Positions 9,544 through 20,735 of a stretch of 64,000 bases of DNA are shown here, in pieces. Numbering within the stretch: position 1 is the stretch's first letter; each line of letters opens with the position of its first letter. The notes under the pieces are model-generated. The model was not told the DNA's origin. It ran no database searches and saw nothing but the letters and a program-made list of their open reading frames with translations. A program made the position numbers and the translations under genes. Origin of the DNA: Ruminococcus sp. Its GTDB lineage: Bacteria; Bacillota; Clostridia; Oscillospirales; Ruminococcaceae. The DNA lies in the NCBI GenBank assembly GCA_017462565.1, contig JAFTQW010000015.1:16109-80108 (forward strand). Direction: 5' to 3'.

Positions 9544-10626
9544 TCAGTCAAGGAAATCCTTGACCTTTTTGCTGCGGCTTGGATGACGAAGCTTTCTGAG
9601 AGCTTTTGCTTCAATCTGGCGGATACGTTCACGAGTAACGTCAAAACGCTGTCCGACCTCTTCAAGAGTACGTGATTTGCCGTCCTCAAGACCGAAACGC
9701 AGTTTAAGAACCTTTGCCTCACGTTCGGTAAGAGTTGAAAGAACCTCGTTAAGCTGTTCTTTAAGAAGCGTATGCGAAGCGGCTTCTGCCGGAGCAGGTG
9801 CATCATTATCCGGTATAAAATCTCCGAGATGACTATCCTCTTCTTCACCGATAGGAGTTTCAAGAGAAACGGGATCCTGTGCCACACGCATTATCTCACG
9901 AACCTTGTCCACGTGCATATTAAGCTTATCGGCAATTTCCTCCGGACTTGGATCATGACCGTTTTCGTGAAGAAGCTGGCTTGAAACCTTTTTAACTTTA
10001 GTTATGGTTTCAACCATATGAACCGGGATTCTGATAGTTCTTGCCTGATCTGCAATTGCTCTTGTTATAGCCTGACGAATCCACCATGTAGCATAAGTTG
10101 AGAATTTAAATCCCTTTGTGTAATCAAATTTTTCAACGGCCTTGATAAGACCGAGGTTGCCCTCCTGAATAAGATCAAGGAACTGCATTCCTCTTCCGAC
10201 ATATTTTTTTGCAATACTTACAACGAGACGGAGATTAGCCTCAGAAAGTCTCTTTTTAGCGTATGGATCGCCTGTTGCCATTCTCTGGGCAAGCTCAATT
10301 TCCTCTTCGGTTGTAAGAAGCGGAACTCTTCCGATCTCTTTAAGATAAATCTTAACGGGATCGTCAATAGAGATGCCTTCGGTTGAAAGAGCCATTTCAA
10401 GGTCGTCGGTCAGGTTTGAATCCATGCCGATTTTAAGGTCGGTGTCAATATTAAGATCCTCAACGATTTCGATATTCAGATTTTCACAGTTATCATAGAA
10501 GGTATTTATCTGGTCAACGTCAAAATCCATTTCTTCAAGAGCGTCGGTGATTTCTTTTGTAGTGAGTTTGCCGTTGGTCTTTCCCTGTTCCATAAGGGCA
10601 TCGATAGTGGTTTTTTTGTGTTCCAT
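9544..10626 (-). CDS. rpoD: Primary RNA polymerase sigma factor (sigma-70/SigA)
   Basis: Regions 1.2-4 are recognisable: [73 protein letters not shown]. Confidence 0.97.
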   Translation of the reverse strand: MEHKKTTIDALMEQGKTNGKLTTKEITDALEEMDFDVDQINTFYDNCENLNIEIVEDLNIDTDLKIGMDSNLTDDLEMALSTEGISIDDPVKIYLKEIGRVPLLTTEEEIELAQRMATGDPYAKKRLSEANLRLVVSIAKKYVGRGMQFLDLIQEGNLGLIKAVEKFDYTKGFKFSTYATWWIRQAITRAIADQARTIRIPVHMVETITKVKKVSSQLLHENGHDPSPEEIADKLNMHVDKVREIMRVAQDPVSLETPIGEEEDSHLGDFIPDNDAPAPAEAASHTLLKEQLNEVLSTLTEREAKVLKLRFGLEDGKSRTLEEVGQRFDVTRERIRQIEAKALRKLRHPSRSKKVKDFLD

Positions 10627-10637
10627 AAGATTTCCTC

Positions 10638-12380
10638 CTATTTTTTGCTTTTGGATTTAAAAAGGTTTTTCAGATCATCATCGCTGAGATTATCTGATTT
10701 GACTGATTTATGATTTTTCAGAACCTGAACGCAGTCGTTGAAAACGTTCCGATTAATCGAATGTTCACGGTTTAAAGCCTCTATTCCGCTTATTCTTCCC
10801 ATTTCTTCGGCTGAAAATTCATCAGCAAGAAGTGAAAGCGAGAATTTTTCACTTGATTTCATACGTTCAAGCAGAGCAGAATAAACTTTTTTATTAAATG
10901 ATGTTAAAAAAATTTCCGGCGGCGCTTCCTTTTCGAGCAATTCAGCTTCTTCGGGATGCTTTATCAGGAAATAAATTATATACTCCTCAGCCTTTGCTTC
11001 CTTACGCATTGCTGCGGCTTCGGGATTTATATCATCACGCTGAAAAGCGGTTTTAGTTGTGATATTCCGCCATTCGTTTTTCTGAGCAGAACGGCGGCTC
11101 TTTTTGAGCAGATCATCTATGTGGCTTTTCAAAACCTGCGTCGGAATATCGCATTTTTTTGAGGTTCTTGAAATATAAACCTCACGTTCGAGGGGCGATT
11201 CTATATCGGCAAGAATTTTGGCGGTACGTTTAAGCAGTTCAACTCGTCCCATTTCGGAAGAGATATCGATTCCGTCCTCGCATTTATCCAGCATAAACGC
11301 AACAGCGTCGTTCGAGCCGTCCAAAAGCATTTTAAAGCGGTCACGTCCGAACTTTTTTATGTATTCATCGGGATCTTTTGCGCCTTCCATGTGGATAATT
11401 TTTGTTTTCAAACCGACGTCTGCGAAATGATTTATCGCTTTCTGCGTAGCCTTCTGACCTGCGCCGTCGCTGTCGTAAGCAACTATAACTTCTTCTGCGT
11501 AATGGCTGATAAGTCTTGCCTGATCGGGAGTAATAGCCGTTCCGAGAGTAGCGACAACGTTTTCAAATCCTGCCTGATTCACGGCAATAACGTCCATATA
11601 ACCTTCGCAAAGGATAATTCGTTTTGTGTCGGCATTTTTGGCAAAATTCATTGAAAAGAGGTTAGAGCCTTTATCGAATACCGGAGTAGCTCCCGTATTG
11701 AGATATTTTGGCTGGGAATCATCAAGCACACGTCCTCCGAATCCGATAATGTTTCCACGGAGATCAATTATAGGAAACATGACTCTTTTGCGGAACATAT
11801 CGAAAACCGTACCCTTTTTTGATCTTCCCCCAAGCCACGCGTCAACGATCTCATCGTCGGAATATCCCTTTGAGCGCAGAAATTTTGTAAGTTCATCCCA
11901 TGAATCGGAAGAATAGCCGAGACCGTATTTTTTGATGGTTTGCGGCAGGAGTTTCCGCTGTGCAAAATATTGAAGTCCTGTTTTGTCAGAACCTTTAAAA
12001 AGATTTGTGTAGAAGAAGTTTGCGGCAAGACGATTCATCTCATAGATCCGAGTTTTCCGTTTAGCAAGCTTACTGTCCTGAGAGTTATTCTGAGGAATCT
12101 CTAATCCCGAACGCTGGGCGAGAAGCTTGACGGCTTCTGTAAAATCGAGATTTTCAATTTTCATCGTAAAGGTTATAACGTCGCCGCCTGCGCCGCAGCC
12201 AAAGCAATAAAAGCTCTGCGTATCGGTAAAAACTGTGCATGACGGAGTTTTTTCCGAATGAAACGGACACGAACAGACGTAATTTCGTCCACGGCGTATC
12301 AGCTGTATATAAGTGCCCATAACAGTGTCGATAGGATTTGCGGCACGAAGCCGGAAAAGAAATTCATCGTTTCTTTGCAT
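10638..12380 (-). CDS. dnaG: DNA primase
   Basis: Zinc ribbon [13 protein letters not shown]...CFGCGAGGD and a Toprim region ([22 protein letters not shown]). Located upstream of rpoD, as in the classic MMS operon. Confidence 0.95.
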   Translation of the reverse strand: MQRNDEFLFRLRAANPIDTVMGTYIQLIRRGRNYVCSCPFHSEKTPSCTVFTDTQSFYCFGCGAGGDVITFTMKIENLDFTEAVKLLAQRSGLEIPQNNSQDSKLAKRKTRIYEMNRLAANFFYTNLFKGSDKTGLQYFAQRKLLPQTIKKYGLGYSSDSWDELTKFLRSKGYSDDEIVDAWLGGRSKKGTVFDMFRKRVMFPIIDLRGNIIGFGGRVLDDSQPKYLNTGATPVFDKGSNLFSMNFAKNADTKRIILCEGYMDVIAVNQAGFENVVATLGTAITPDQARLISHYAEEVIVAYDSDGAGQKATQKAINHFADVGLKTKIIHMEGAKDPDEYIKKFGRDRFKMLLDGSNDAVAFMLDKCEDGIDISSEMGRVELLKRTAKILADIESPLEREVYISRTSKKCDIPTQVLKSHIDDLLKKSRRSAQKNEWRNITTKTAFQRDDINPEAAAMRKEAKAEEYIIYFLIKHPEEAELLEKEAPPEIFLTSFNKKVYSALLERMKSSEKFSLSLLADEFSAEEMGRISGIEALNREHSINRNVFNDCVQVLKNHKSVKSDNLSDDDLKNLFKSKSKK

Positions 12381-12393
12381 GGAATTCTCCTTG

Positions 12394-13389
12394 TTATTTC
12401 CAGAATTTCGGGACGAAAAGTTCGGTATAAAGGTCTACTGCGTAACCGTCGCTCATTCCGGAAATATAATCGCATACGGCTCTGTCTGCATCAGTTTTTT
12501 TCATGATGATGCGGTATTCATCGGGAAGCTTATCGGTATGTTCGATGAAGTAGGAATAAAGCTTTTTCAGCAGAAGTTCCGCTTTAGCTTCCTCTTGTTT
12601 TGCAGCCGGATTCAGATAAACTTTATCGAACATAAACTGTCGCAGGTCATCATGAGCTTTTCGTATTTGCGGAGCAAAATCTATCTCATAAGCTCCGTGT
12701 TCAATAACGGAAGCTATAAGCGTCGTAATTCGCTTGGCTTTGGTATTACCAAGTATTTTTACGCAGTCAATGGGTAAATCGCTGTTTTGGAGAATACCGG
12801 CACGGATAGAATCTTCGATATCGTGGTTTATGTAAGCGATTGTATCCGCAAGCCGGACTATATTGCCTTCTTTTGTATCGGCAACTTTATTTGTATGGCA
12901 TTCGATGCCGTTGCGCACGGCATAAGTGAGGTTCAGACCTTCGCCGTTTTTTTCAATTTCATCAACAACACGAACGCTCTGACAATAGTGCTTGAATCCG
13001 TGCGGACATATTTCGTTTAGTATGCTTTCGCCGCAGTGACCGAAAGGCGAGTGACCGAGATCGTGACCAAGGGCGATTGCTTCTGTCAGATCTTCGTTCA
13101 TGCGCATACCTCTGGAAATAGTACGGGCAATCTGTGAAACCTCAAGAGTATGAGTAAGGCGGGTTCTGTAGTGATCTCCGACAGGCGAAAGAAAAACCTG
13201 AGTTTTACGTTTAAGACGTCGGAATGAATTACAGTGAAGAATCCGGTCACGGTCACGCTGAAATTCAGTCCGATAAGGACATTTTTCTTCATATCTAAGA
13301 CGCTTTGTATTAGTCTCATCAGTACTTGTGCAGGCGTATTGGCTTAAAATTCCTGCTTCTGTCATTTCAGTCTGTTCACGAACATTCAC
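12394..13389 (-). CDS. dGTP triphosphohydrolase-like HD-domain protein
   Basis: FQRDRDRILH, RTRLTHTLEVSQIA and LGHDLGHSPFGH motifs. First gene of the dnaG/rpoD unit. Confidence 0.85.
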   Translation of the reverse strand: MNVREQTEMTEAGILSQYACTSTDETNTKRLRYEEKCPYRTEFQRDRDRILHCNSFRRLKRKTQVFLSPVGDHYRTRLTHTLEVSQIARTISRGMRMNEDLTEAIALGHDLGHSPFGHCGESILNEICPHGFKHYCQSVRVVDEIEKNGEGLNLTYAVRNGIECHTNKVADTKEGNIVRLADTIAYINHDIEDSIRAGILQNSDLPIDCVKILGNTKAKRITTLIASVIEHGAYEIDFAPQIRKAHDDLRQFMFDKVYLNPAAKQEEAKAELLLKKLYSYFIEHTDKLPDEYRIIMKKTDADRAVCDYISGMSDGYAVDLYTELFVPKFWK

Positions 13390-13454
13390 AAAATCCCTCC
13401 TAAAAACAACTTCTACAATACTTATACTTTAAAAACTGTGAAAATCCTTTATTT

Positions 13455-14093
13455 TTAAGAAATATTTTTCACAGAGGAAAAATCCTCGAAAAGCTCCTCT
13501 AATTCATTAATATCAGCCGAACCGTTGGTTATTTCGGTAATATTTTTTAAAAGGGCGTCTTTTTTTTCTGAAAGAACGAGAATTTCAAGAATAACTTCTG
13601 TTCCAAAATCGGAATTGACAGTAATGGTATCGTAATTTGGCAGTATATAAGAAATTTTTCCATACATTCCATAATCTGTTTTTATTTTTAGACGCCGGCA
13701 AAGGCACATATTCATGATATGAGCTGCGTCGCAGGCAAGTGAAGCTGCATGAGAGTATGCACGAACAAGACCGCCTCCGCCGAGCAGTATTCCTCCGAAA
13801 TAACGGGTTACGACAACGCAGACGTCGGTAAGTCCACGTTTCTGAAGAACATCGAGAACCGGAACTCCGGCAGTGCCCTGCGGTTCTCCGTCATCGGAAT
13901 ATCGGGAAATATTATCATTCCGAAGTATATAAGCATAAACGTTGTGCCTGGCTTTTCTGTGCATTGCCTTTATGGAATTTATGAAATCAACCGCTTCATC
14001 ATTGGTTTTTACGGGAGCAATGTAACCGATAAATTCAGAACGTTTTTCTATAAAAGAATCATTTGCAGGCTTTGAAATAGTGTAATAATTCAT
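13455..14093 (-). CDS. yigZ: YigZ/IMPACT-family protein (UPF0029)
   Basis: EKRSEFIGYIAPV...HRKARHNVYAYIL...DDGEPQGTAGVPVL pattern typical of YigZ. Length 212 aa. Confidence 0.8.
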   Translation of the reverse strand: MNYYTISKPANDSFIEKRSEFIGYIAPVKTNDEAVDFINSIKAMHRKARHNVYAYILRNDNISRYSDDGEPQGTAGVPVLDVLQKRGLTDVCVVVTRYFGGILLGGGGLVRAYSHAASLACDAAHIMNMCLCRRLKIKTDYGMYGKISYILPNYDTITVNSDFGTEVILEILVLSEKKDALLKNITEITNGSADINELEELFEDFSSVKNIS

Positions 14094-14121
14094 AATTTTA
14101 CCTATAGTTTGTTTAAATGAA

Positions 14122-14155
14122 AATAACGCAAAAAGCCGGTCGATGAAGACCGGCT
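14122..14155 (-). terminator. Terminator after rpmE
   Basis: AGCCGGTC / GACCGGCT 8-bp stem (14134-14155), followed on the minus strand by TTTTGCGTTATTTT. Confidence 0.75.
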
Positions 14156-14162
14156 GTGCGAT

Positions 14163-14366
14163 TTACTTATCCATATTGAAACGCTTCTTGAATCTGTCAA
14201 CACGTCCGCCTGTATCAACGAGCTTCTGCTTGCCTGTATAGAACGGATGGCACTTGGAGCAGATTTCAACCTTGATGTTTTCCTTTGTGGACATAGTTTC
14301 AATCACATTACCGCAGTGGCAGGTAATTGTAGTCTTAACAAAGTTAGGATGGATACCCTCTTTCAC
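14163..14366 (-). CDS. rpmE: 50S ribosomal protein L31 (Zn-ribbon type A)
   Basis: KEGIHPNF...CHCG...[12 protein letters not shown]. The ORF track starts at an upstream GTG (14384). The second GTG (14366) is preceded by AAAGAGGTG at a 6-nt spacer and gives the canonical MKEGIHP N-terminus. Confidence 0.93.
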   Translation of the reverse strand: MKEGIHPNFVKTTITCHCGNVIETMSTKENIKVEICSKCHPFYTGKQKLVDTGGRVDRFKKRFNMDK

Positions 14367-14451
14367 GATTGTCACCTCTTTCACAATTTTTGTAAACCAT
14401 GCAGCCCATCAATTCCCTTAGACAGTAGTGCTTCGTTTATTACGGTAATTA

Positions 14452-14480
14452 ATTATAGCATGAATAAAATCAAATGTCAA
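14452..14480 (-). promoter_or_regulatory. Sigma-A promoter of rpmE (TTGACA-17-TATAAT)
   Basis: Perfect -35 (14480-14475) and -10 (14457-14452) hexamers with a 17-nt spacer on the minus strand. Confidence 0.75.
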
Positions 14481-14525
14481 TAGTTGAATAATATATTTTT
14501 TTTATTTAATTTATAGATACAGTGA

Positions 14526-15101
14526 TTAAAATATAGTAAATTTCTTTTCCGGCATCATGAAATAAAATCCATTACGAGGCTTACAGCGTCTTTTTTTGCG
14601 TTCAGCAGTCAATCTTTCGACATATGCCCATATATCCTCACTGAAATTAGATGTCAGTTCCAGCGCCCGTGCATCGTCATAGCTGAGAAAAAGATGTATT
14701 TTGGGACTAAAGTCCTTAAAATGTCCGTTATAATTCTGTCCGGGGAAAATATCCTTTGAAAGAGATTTAGCGCTCGGATATGAATTGGCAGCGGTCAGAC
14801 GCATACCTTCATGGAGATCGTATAATGATACAAGTTCCTTGGGAAATTTCAGAAACAGAACGGCATCCAGCTCGTCGGAATAAGCGGAGATCACAAGAGG
14901 AGATAATGAAACCACAATAGCAGGCTGTGTATCGCCGTAAATGAAATTTTCATTGATAAACGGAAAATTTGTTATCATTTCGTTTTCCTGAAAGACGTTT
15001 AGTTTCAGAAAGTCATGTAGGATCTGTTTGTATTTCTCCTTTGACATGGGGAGCATCCCGGGTATTGAAGCCGAGGAATAGAAAGAAGCTAAATAACTCA
15101 T
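14526..15101 (-). CDS. Hypothetical protein
   Basis: 191-aa ORF 16 nt downstream of the phosphohexomutase gene on the same strand. No motif recognised. The true start may be an internal Met (MLPMSKEKY). Confidence 0.5.
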   Translation of the reverse strand: MSYLASFYSSASIPGMLPMSKEKYKQILHDFLKLNVFQENEMITNFPFINENFIYGDTQPAIVVSLSPLVISAYSDELDAVLFLKFPKELVSLYDLHEGMRLTAANSYPSAKSLSKDIFPGQNYNGHFKDFSPKIHLFLSYDDARALELTSNFSEDIWAYVERLTAERKKRRCKPRNGFYFMMPEKKFTIF

Positions 15102-15117
15102 AAAATCCCTCGGTTTA

Positions 15118-16830
15118 TTATTTCATTACCTTAGTGAAATCAGCAGCCAGTTTTGCTTCCAAAGCCTGAGCTTCTTCGTGAGTGTCAGCCTTGGCAGTGA
15201 AATAAGTCTTGATTTTCGGCTCAGTACCGGAGGGACGAACTATAGCCTTAGAGCCGCCTTCAAGGAAGAATGCAAGAACGTTCGACTTAGGAAGAGTGAG
15301 CTTTGTATCAGTTCTGGAAACAAGATCCTTGGAAATACTTGTCTGATAATCATCGAATTTGACAACCTTGAGACCGCCGATTTCAGCAGGATGATCGTTT
15401 CTTAGAGATGTCATGATCTCAGCCATTTTCTTCATTCCGCTCTCACCCTCGAAAGTGAAGCTGTGGAGCGTCTGGAGAAATACGCCGTATTTTTTATACA
15501 TATTTTCACGAGCCTGGAGCAGTGAAATGCCTTGTGTACGGTAATAAGCAGCCATTTCGCAGATAAGCATAGATGCGTTTACAGCGTCCTTATCACGAAC
15601 ATAGCTTCCGGAAAGGTAGCCGTAGCTCTCTTCAAATCCGAAAATATAACGATTTTCCTCGCCCTTTGCTTCAAGAAGACCGATCTGCTCTCCGATAAAT
15701 TTGAATCCTGTAAGTACGTCGATTATTTCAACACCGTATTCCTTGCCGATAAGATTTACGATATCAGTCGTGACTATAGTTTTAACAGCGATAGGATTTT
15801 CAGGCATAGTACCCTTTGCTATACGCTGCTGGCAGATATATTCAAGCAGCATAGCTCCGACTTCGTTTCCGGAGAAAAGGGCATAACCGTCGCCGTCCGG
15901 AACAGCAATGCCGACACGGTCACAGTCCGGATCAGTAGCGAGGAGAAGATCAGGCTTGACTTCGTTACAGTATTTAAGACCGACTTCAAGAGCCTCACGG
16001 ATCTCAGGATTCGGATACGGGCAGGTAGTGAAGTTTCCGTCAGGATTTTCCTGTTCTTTAACGACGGTAACATCGGTTATGCCGAGTCTTTTAAGTATCT
16101 CACGAACAGGTTTGTTTCCCGTTCCGTTGAGGGGAGTATAAACAACTTTAAGTCCGCTTGAAGCGCAAAGATCAGTATTGATGCCTTCAGCGAGAACATT
16201 TTTGTAGAAGTTTTCGATAACTTCGTCACCGATATACGAAATATTGCCTTTAGCGAGTTCTTCATCAAAGGATGAGGATTTAACGCCGCTGAACATATCG
16301 AGCGAATTTATTTTTTCAAGGATTATCTCGGCTCCCCTGAGAGTGATCTGGCAGCCATCCTCGCCGTATACTTTATATCCGTTATACTTAGCCGGATTAT
16401 GGCTTGCCGTTATCATGATACCGCCCTGACAGTTTAACGCACGAACTGCGAAAGAAAGACAGGGAGTAGGCATGAGATTTTTATAAATATGAACTTTTAT
16501 TCCGTTAGCTGCGAGAACCTCAGCGGCAGCTTTTGAAAAAACGTCAGATTTGATTCTGCTGTCAAATGAAATAGCAACGCTGGGATTTTGATACTCTTGG
16601 TTGAGGTAATCGGCGAAGCCCTGTGTAGCACGTCTTACTGTATAAATATTCATTCGGTTTGTACCTGCGCCGATAACGCCTCTCAGACCGCCCGTACCAA
16701 ATTCCAGGTCACGGTAAAATCTATCGTTTATGGCGTCGTTATCGTCTTTTATATCAGCAAGCTCTGTTTGCAGATCAGCATCCTCCTTGGCGTTTTCACA
16801 CCAGAGATTATAAAGCTCCATTTCTGTCAT
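15118..16830 (-). CDS. Alpha-D-phosphohexomutase (phosphoglucomutase/phosphomannomutase)
   Basis: Active-site loop TASHNPAKYNGYK, metal loop DPDCDR, sugar loop GFEESYGY, and phosphate-binding RPSGTEPKIK. Confidence 0.93.
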   Translation of the reverse strand: MTEMELYNLWCENAKEDADLQTELADIKDDNDAINDRFYRDLEFGTGGLRGVIGAGTNRMNIYTVRRATQGFADYLNQEYQNPSVAISFDSRIKSDVFSKAAAEVLAANGIKVHIYKNLMPTPCLSFAVRALNCQGGIMITASHNPAKYNGYKVYGEDGCQITLRGAEIILEKINSLDMFSGVKSSSFDEELAKGNISYIGDEVIENFYKNVLAEGINTDLCASSGLKVVYTPLNGTGNKPVREILKRLGITDVTVVKEQENPDGNFTTCPYPNPEIREALEVGLKYCNEVKPDLLLATDPDCDRVGIAVPDGDGYALFSGNEVGAMLLEYICQQRIAKGTMPENPIAVKTIVTTDIVNLIGKEYGVEIIDVLTGFKFIGEQIGLLEAKGEENRYIFGFEESYGYLSGSYVRDKDAVNASMLICEMAAYYRTQGISLLQARENMYKKYGVFLQTLHSFTFEGESGMKKMAEIMTSLRNDHPAEIGGLKVVKFDDYQTSISKDLVSRTDTKLTLPKSNVLAFFLEGGSKAIVRPSGTEPKIKTYFTAKADTHEEAQALEAKLAADFTKVMK

Positions 16831-17118
16831 TATAATACCTCCTAATTAGAAATATAGATTATTATATCACATTTTTTCCAATTTGAAAAGAGTTTTTTTC
16901 ACTTTGCGATAAATTTTTATGTTTTTACTATATGAAAAAGTGCAGCCTGATGTGATTGTATTGTAAAAGGGCTGATTTACGGTTGATTTTAAGCTTTTAT
17001 ATTGCATGATATATGATAGTATAGGGAAAAAATAATTGCGGTTTGTGTAGAAATTACTCGGTTGAAAACGTTGCTTTTTGTCATATTTTGAAAATACAAC
17101 AAATAATCTCTTTACATT

Positions 17119-17148
17119 AAAAAGAACTGCCGTAAAAATTTACGGCAG
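17119..17148 (-). terminator. Terminator after pfk
   Basis: CTGCCGTAAA / TTTACGGCAG hairpin (17127-17148), followed on the minus strand by TTCTTTTT. Confidence 0.75.
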
Positions 17149-17173
17149 CTTACTTATAGATTGAGCAATTTTA

Positions 17174-18256
17174 TTAATCTCCGAAAGAAACACCGATATC
17201 ACGGGCAGCGATAACGAGATGATTATCCGTATCGACAAATTTTGTTTTTCCGGCAATGTCCTCAAGCTTGTTTGAAGTGATCTTGTTGCCGATTTTAGCA
17301 ACAGTTCTGCCGTATTTTTCCTTTGCAATAAGATACGCTGCATGAACGCCGAACTGTGTTGAAAGAACACGGTCGTAGGCGCTTGGTGCGCCGCCTCGGA
17401 GCATATGTCCCGGAACGCATACACGAGCCTCGATACCTGTATTGGACTGAATCTGTGCGGCAATACGGCTCGTTGCAGTGATTATACCGGCTTCGGCACG
17501 TTTCTTTGCACGTTCTTTTTTCTTCATTTTAGCTTCTGCAACATCGAATGCTCCCTCGGCAACTGCGAGGATAGAGAAAGTCTTGCCGGAAGCGCTTCTT
17601 GCAATTACGGCATCGCAGATCTTGTCGATATCGTAAGGGATTTCCGGAATAACAATAATATCAGCTCCTCCTGCGATACCTGCATTCAGAGTGAGCCAGC
17701 CGGCTTTGTTTCCCATTATTTCGCAGACGAGTATTCTCGAATGGCTTGCAGCGGTAGTATGCAGACGATCGATAACATCAGTGGCAATGTCAACAGCAGT
17801 ATGGAAACCAAATGTCACGTCCGTACCATAAATATCATTGTCGATAGTCTTAGGAAGACCAATAACATTCAGTCCTTCATCGGCAAGGAGCTTGGAAGTT
17901 TTATGCGTACCGTTTCCGCCGAGAGTAAGGAGACAATCAAGCTTTTGTTTCTTGTATGTTTCCTTCATATTTTTAACTTTATCGACATTATCGTCGCCGA
18001 TGACCTGCATCATCTTGAACGGCTGACGTTTTGTACCGAAAATGGTACCGCCCTGCGTAAGAATACCCGAGAACGAAGAGGGCGACATATCTTTGCAGAG
18101 ATTGTTGATAAGACCGTAATAACCGTTGGAAATTCCTACGATCTCAACATTATCCTCGCCGAAACGTTCATAGCAGGCCTTTGCAACGCCTCTTATCGTA
18201 GCGTTAAGTCCGGGACAGTCTCCGCCGCTTGTAAGAATACCGATTCTTCTTTTCAT
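17174..18256 (-). CDS. pfkA: 6-phosphofructokinase (phosphoryl-donor specificity not decided)
   Basis: IGILTSGGDCPGLNATIRG, LGGNGT, PKTIDNDI, GHMLRGG. The 360-aa length and GGNGT in place of GGDGS place it outside the classic short PfkA group. Confidence 0.9.
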   Translation of the reverse strand: MKRRIGILTSGGDCPGLNATIRGVAKACYERFGEDNVEIVGISNGYYGLINNLCKDMSPSSFSGILTQGGTIFGTKRQPFKMMQVIGDDNVDKVKNMKETYKKQKLDCLLTLGGNGTHKTSKLLADEGLNVIGLPKTIDNDIYGTDVTFGFHTAVDIATDVIDRLHTTAASHSRILVCEIMGNKAGWLTLNAGIAGGADIIVIPEIPYDIDKICDAVIARSASGKTFSILAVAEGAFDVAEAKMKKKERAKKRAEAGIITATSRIAAQIQSNTGIEARVCVPGHMLRGGAPSAYDRVLSTQFGVHAAYLIAKEKYGRTVAKIGNKITSNKLEDIAGKTKFVDTDNHLVIAARDIGVSFGD

Positions 18257-18309
18257 GATTTTATACCTCCGTTATATATTGATAAATTGGTTTTGTTATA
18301 TTTATTGGC

Positions 18310-20529
18310 TCAGCTTCCGAATTCACGTATATTCTGTTCAAAGAATTCCTGAAGCTTTTCCGGCGGCATAGGCTTTCCGTAAAGAAATCCCTGCGCAAAA
18401 TCGCATCCGGCAGATCTCAGAATAGATTCCTGAACTTTATTTTCGATGCCTTCGGCTATAGTTTCAATTTTTTTCGATTTAGCGATTCTGATAACCGCTG
18501 AAACTATTTCATAAGCAATATTGTCGCTTGCAATATCGGTTATAAACGAGCGGTCGAGCTTGAGAAGCGTGATCGGGAGCGTCTGCAAATAGCTCAGTGA
18601 TGAGTAGCCCGTTCCAAAATCGTCCATGGCGAGCTTGACGCCGAGTTCACGGAGTTTGTTCATCTGTGAAACGGCATAGTCGATATCGTTCAGGGCGAGA
18701 CTTTCGGTAAGTTCGACTTCAAGCCACCGGGGCTCAAGATTGGTTTTAGCAAGCGCATCGAAAACCTTTTCTTTCAGGTCGGACTGATAGAAATCGGTCG
18801 AAGTAAAATTGACAGACATAACAATGTTTGGATATCCCATTTTCTGCCAGAGCTTATTCTGACGGCATCCCTCGTTGAGAACGAATTCGCTGATTTTTCC
18901 GATGAGATGACTGCGTTCGGCGAGAGGCACGAACGCATCGGGAGCAATAATAGTTCCATCCGGCTTTATCCAGCGGATAAGAGCTTCAACACCCATTATT
19001 CTTCCGGTAGAAAGATCAATTTTGGGCTGATAAAAGAGCTGGAGCTCGTTGTTGTCAATAGCAATTGCAAGCGCTTTTTCCATTTCACTGCTTACGATTA
19101 TGGAATCGTGCATACTTGATTCGTAGGCACAAATGCTTCCCTGACTTCCGCCGCTTGATTTAAGCGCAAATTCAGCGTGTTCCATAACGTCGAGAAAAGA
19201 ACTGCCGTCTTCGGGAAGCCTTGAATATCCGGCGGAACAGCTCAGATTAAGCGAAGCAAGCTCGTCGACGGCAAGCTTGGCAAATTCATCCTGAATAGAT
19301 TTTATGGTTCTAACGGGAAGTTCGTTATCTCCGTAATCACGAAGAATGAGAGCAAAGTTATCGCCGCTTATTCTTGCGGCAAGTCCTCCCGGAGTTACGA
19401 ATTTATAAAGAATATGAGCAAAATTTCTGAGCACATAATTTCCGTTAGTATAGCCGCAGGTATCGTTGATGATATGAAAACGGTCTATATCCAGGACGAT
19501 TATCCAATAGGAATAATTGAGAAGACGGCAGGTATCGTAAATTTCCTGACCGCTTCCAACGAGTTTATTTCTGTTTGCGATTTCCGTAACCTCGTCAATA
19601 TATGCAAGACGCTCGATAAGGAAATCCTTTTCATGCTCCTGAGTTGTATCGAGTATCGCTCCGCCGAAAAGCGGGAGAGTATTGTCTGTTCCCTCTATTG
19701 ATTTATAGCGGTAGGAGTACCAGCGGTAAACTCCGTCGGAGGATTTTATTCTAAGCTCAATGCTTTTAACTTCGGTCGTATCGTTGGATTTTATAGCGCT
19801 GTCGAACTGAAGTCTGTCGTTAGGGTGTACGAGCGATCGAAATTCATTCAGCGAAATTATGCTGCTTTTCAGACCGAGCATCCTTACCATTTCGGAAGAA
19901 GCACGGTATTTTTTCTTATCAGAGCTCATAATAACGCCGATTTCGGCAAGCTCCATTGAGGAATTGAAGAAGTCGTTTGCGCTTGCAAGATTTACTCTCA
20001 TTTTTTTTATCTCGGTAAGATTGAAACCTGTGCTGAGGTAAATACATCTTCTTTTGGATTTTTTTACAAGGGACGTACTCCAAGCAATGCTTGTTACAGA
20101 TCCGTCGGCATTTTTAAATCTTGATTCATAAGAATTATTGCTTATGATCTTTTCAAATTCTTCGCTGTCCGGAGCATTTATGCCGAATGCTTTCCAGACA
20201 GAAGCCTTCTGATTGGAATCGTTTTCAGATATACCAAGGAGGTCACGAAGCTTTTTATTCAGAAAAACATATGAAAAATCGTCGCTCCAGATAATCATTT
20301 CAGTGTTAAGATCTTCTGCGACTTCCGGTTTAATGAGCGTGCTTATACGGTTTTTATGAGTCCATGTAAGCAGAAAGAGAAACAGCGGCAGAAATATTAT
20401 TGTTGAAAGATATATTATCATTGTGATATGAGCGAGTTCCGGAAAAAAACAGCAGTATGTTCCTACTGCGGCAGTAGCGGCAGTGATTATAAGCACTGCT
20501 GCGAGCAGATTAAAATTACCTTTTTTCAT
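18310..20529 (-). CDS. Membrane-anchored PAS-like / degenerate-GGDEF / EAL c-di-GMP phosphodiesterase
   Basis: The ORF track starts at 20592, but the ATG at 20529 has GGAGAGGAGG 8 nt upstream. Two N-terminal TM helices. The GGDEF site reads SGDNF. The EAL domain is intact (VEALIRW, ELTES, DDFGTGYSS, KLDRS, AEGIEN, QGFLYGKP). Confidence 0.85.
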   Translation of the reverse strand: MKKGNFNLLAAVLIITAATAAVGTYCCFFPELAHITMIIYLSTIIFLPLFLFLLTWTHKNRISTLIKPEVAEDLNTEMIIWSDDFSYVFLNKKLRDLLGISENDSNQKASVWKAFGINAPDSEEFEKIISNNSYESRFKNADGSVTSIAWSTSLVKKSKRRCIYLSTGFNLTEIKKMRVNLASANDFFNSSMELAEIGVIMSSDKKKYRASSEMVRMLGLKSSIISLNEFRSLVHPNDRLQFDSAIKSNDTTEVKSIELRIKSSDGVYRWYSYRYKSIEGTDNTLPLFGGAILDTTQEHEKDFLIERLAYIDEVTEIANRNKLVGSGQEIYDTCRLLNYSYWIIVLDIDRFHIINDTCGYTNGNYVLRNFAHILYKFVTPGGLAARISGDNFALILRDYGDNELPVRTIKSIQDEFAKLAVDELASLNLSCSAGYSRLPEDGSSFLDVMEHAEFALKSSGGSQGSICAYESSMHDSIIVSSEMEKALAIAIDNNELQLFYQPKIDLSTGRIMGVEALIRWIKPDGTIIAPDAFVPLAERSHLIGKISEFVLNEGCRQNKLWQKMGYPNIVMSVNFTSTDFYQSDLKEKVFDALAKTNLEPRWLEVELTESLALNDIDYAVSQMNKLRELGVKLAMDDFGTGYSSLSYLQTLPITLLKLDRSFITDIASDNIAYEIVSAVIRIAKSKKIETIAEGIENKVQESILRSAGCDFAQGFLYGKPMPPEKLQEFFEQNIREFGS

Positions 20530-20735
20530 TAAGACCGCCTCCTCTCCAAATAATACCAAATTTATTATAGCAAAAATAACTGAAAATGTCAACTAAAAAA
20601 TTGCCGCTCTGATACAAATTTGATAAAATTGCCGGAAAATTACAAGAAAATTTCACATAATATACACTTTTGTCTGTTAAGATGGTATAATGTAAAAGAA
20701 AAAATACAAGCGCTGAAATAAACGGAGGTAATTCT

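Noticed and set aside
15532-16161. 209-aa ORF on the plus strand
   Set aside because: It is antisense to the phosphohexomutase gene. It is a shadow ORF.
17405-18352. 315-aa ORF on the plus strand
   Set aside because: It is entirely antisense to the well-supported pfk gene. It has no motif and an odd Cys/Phe-rich composition, so it is a shadow ORF.
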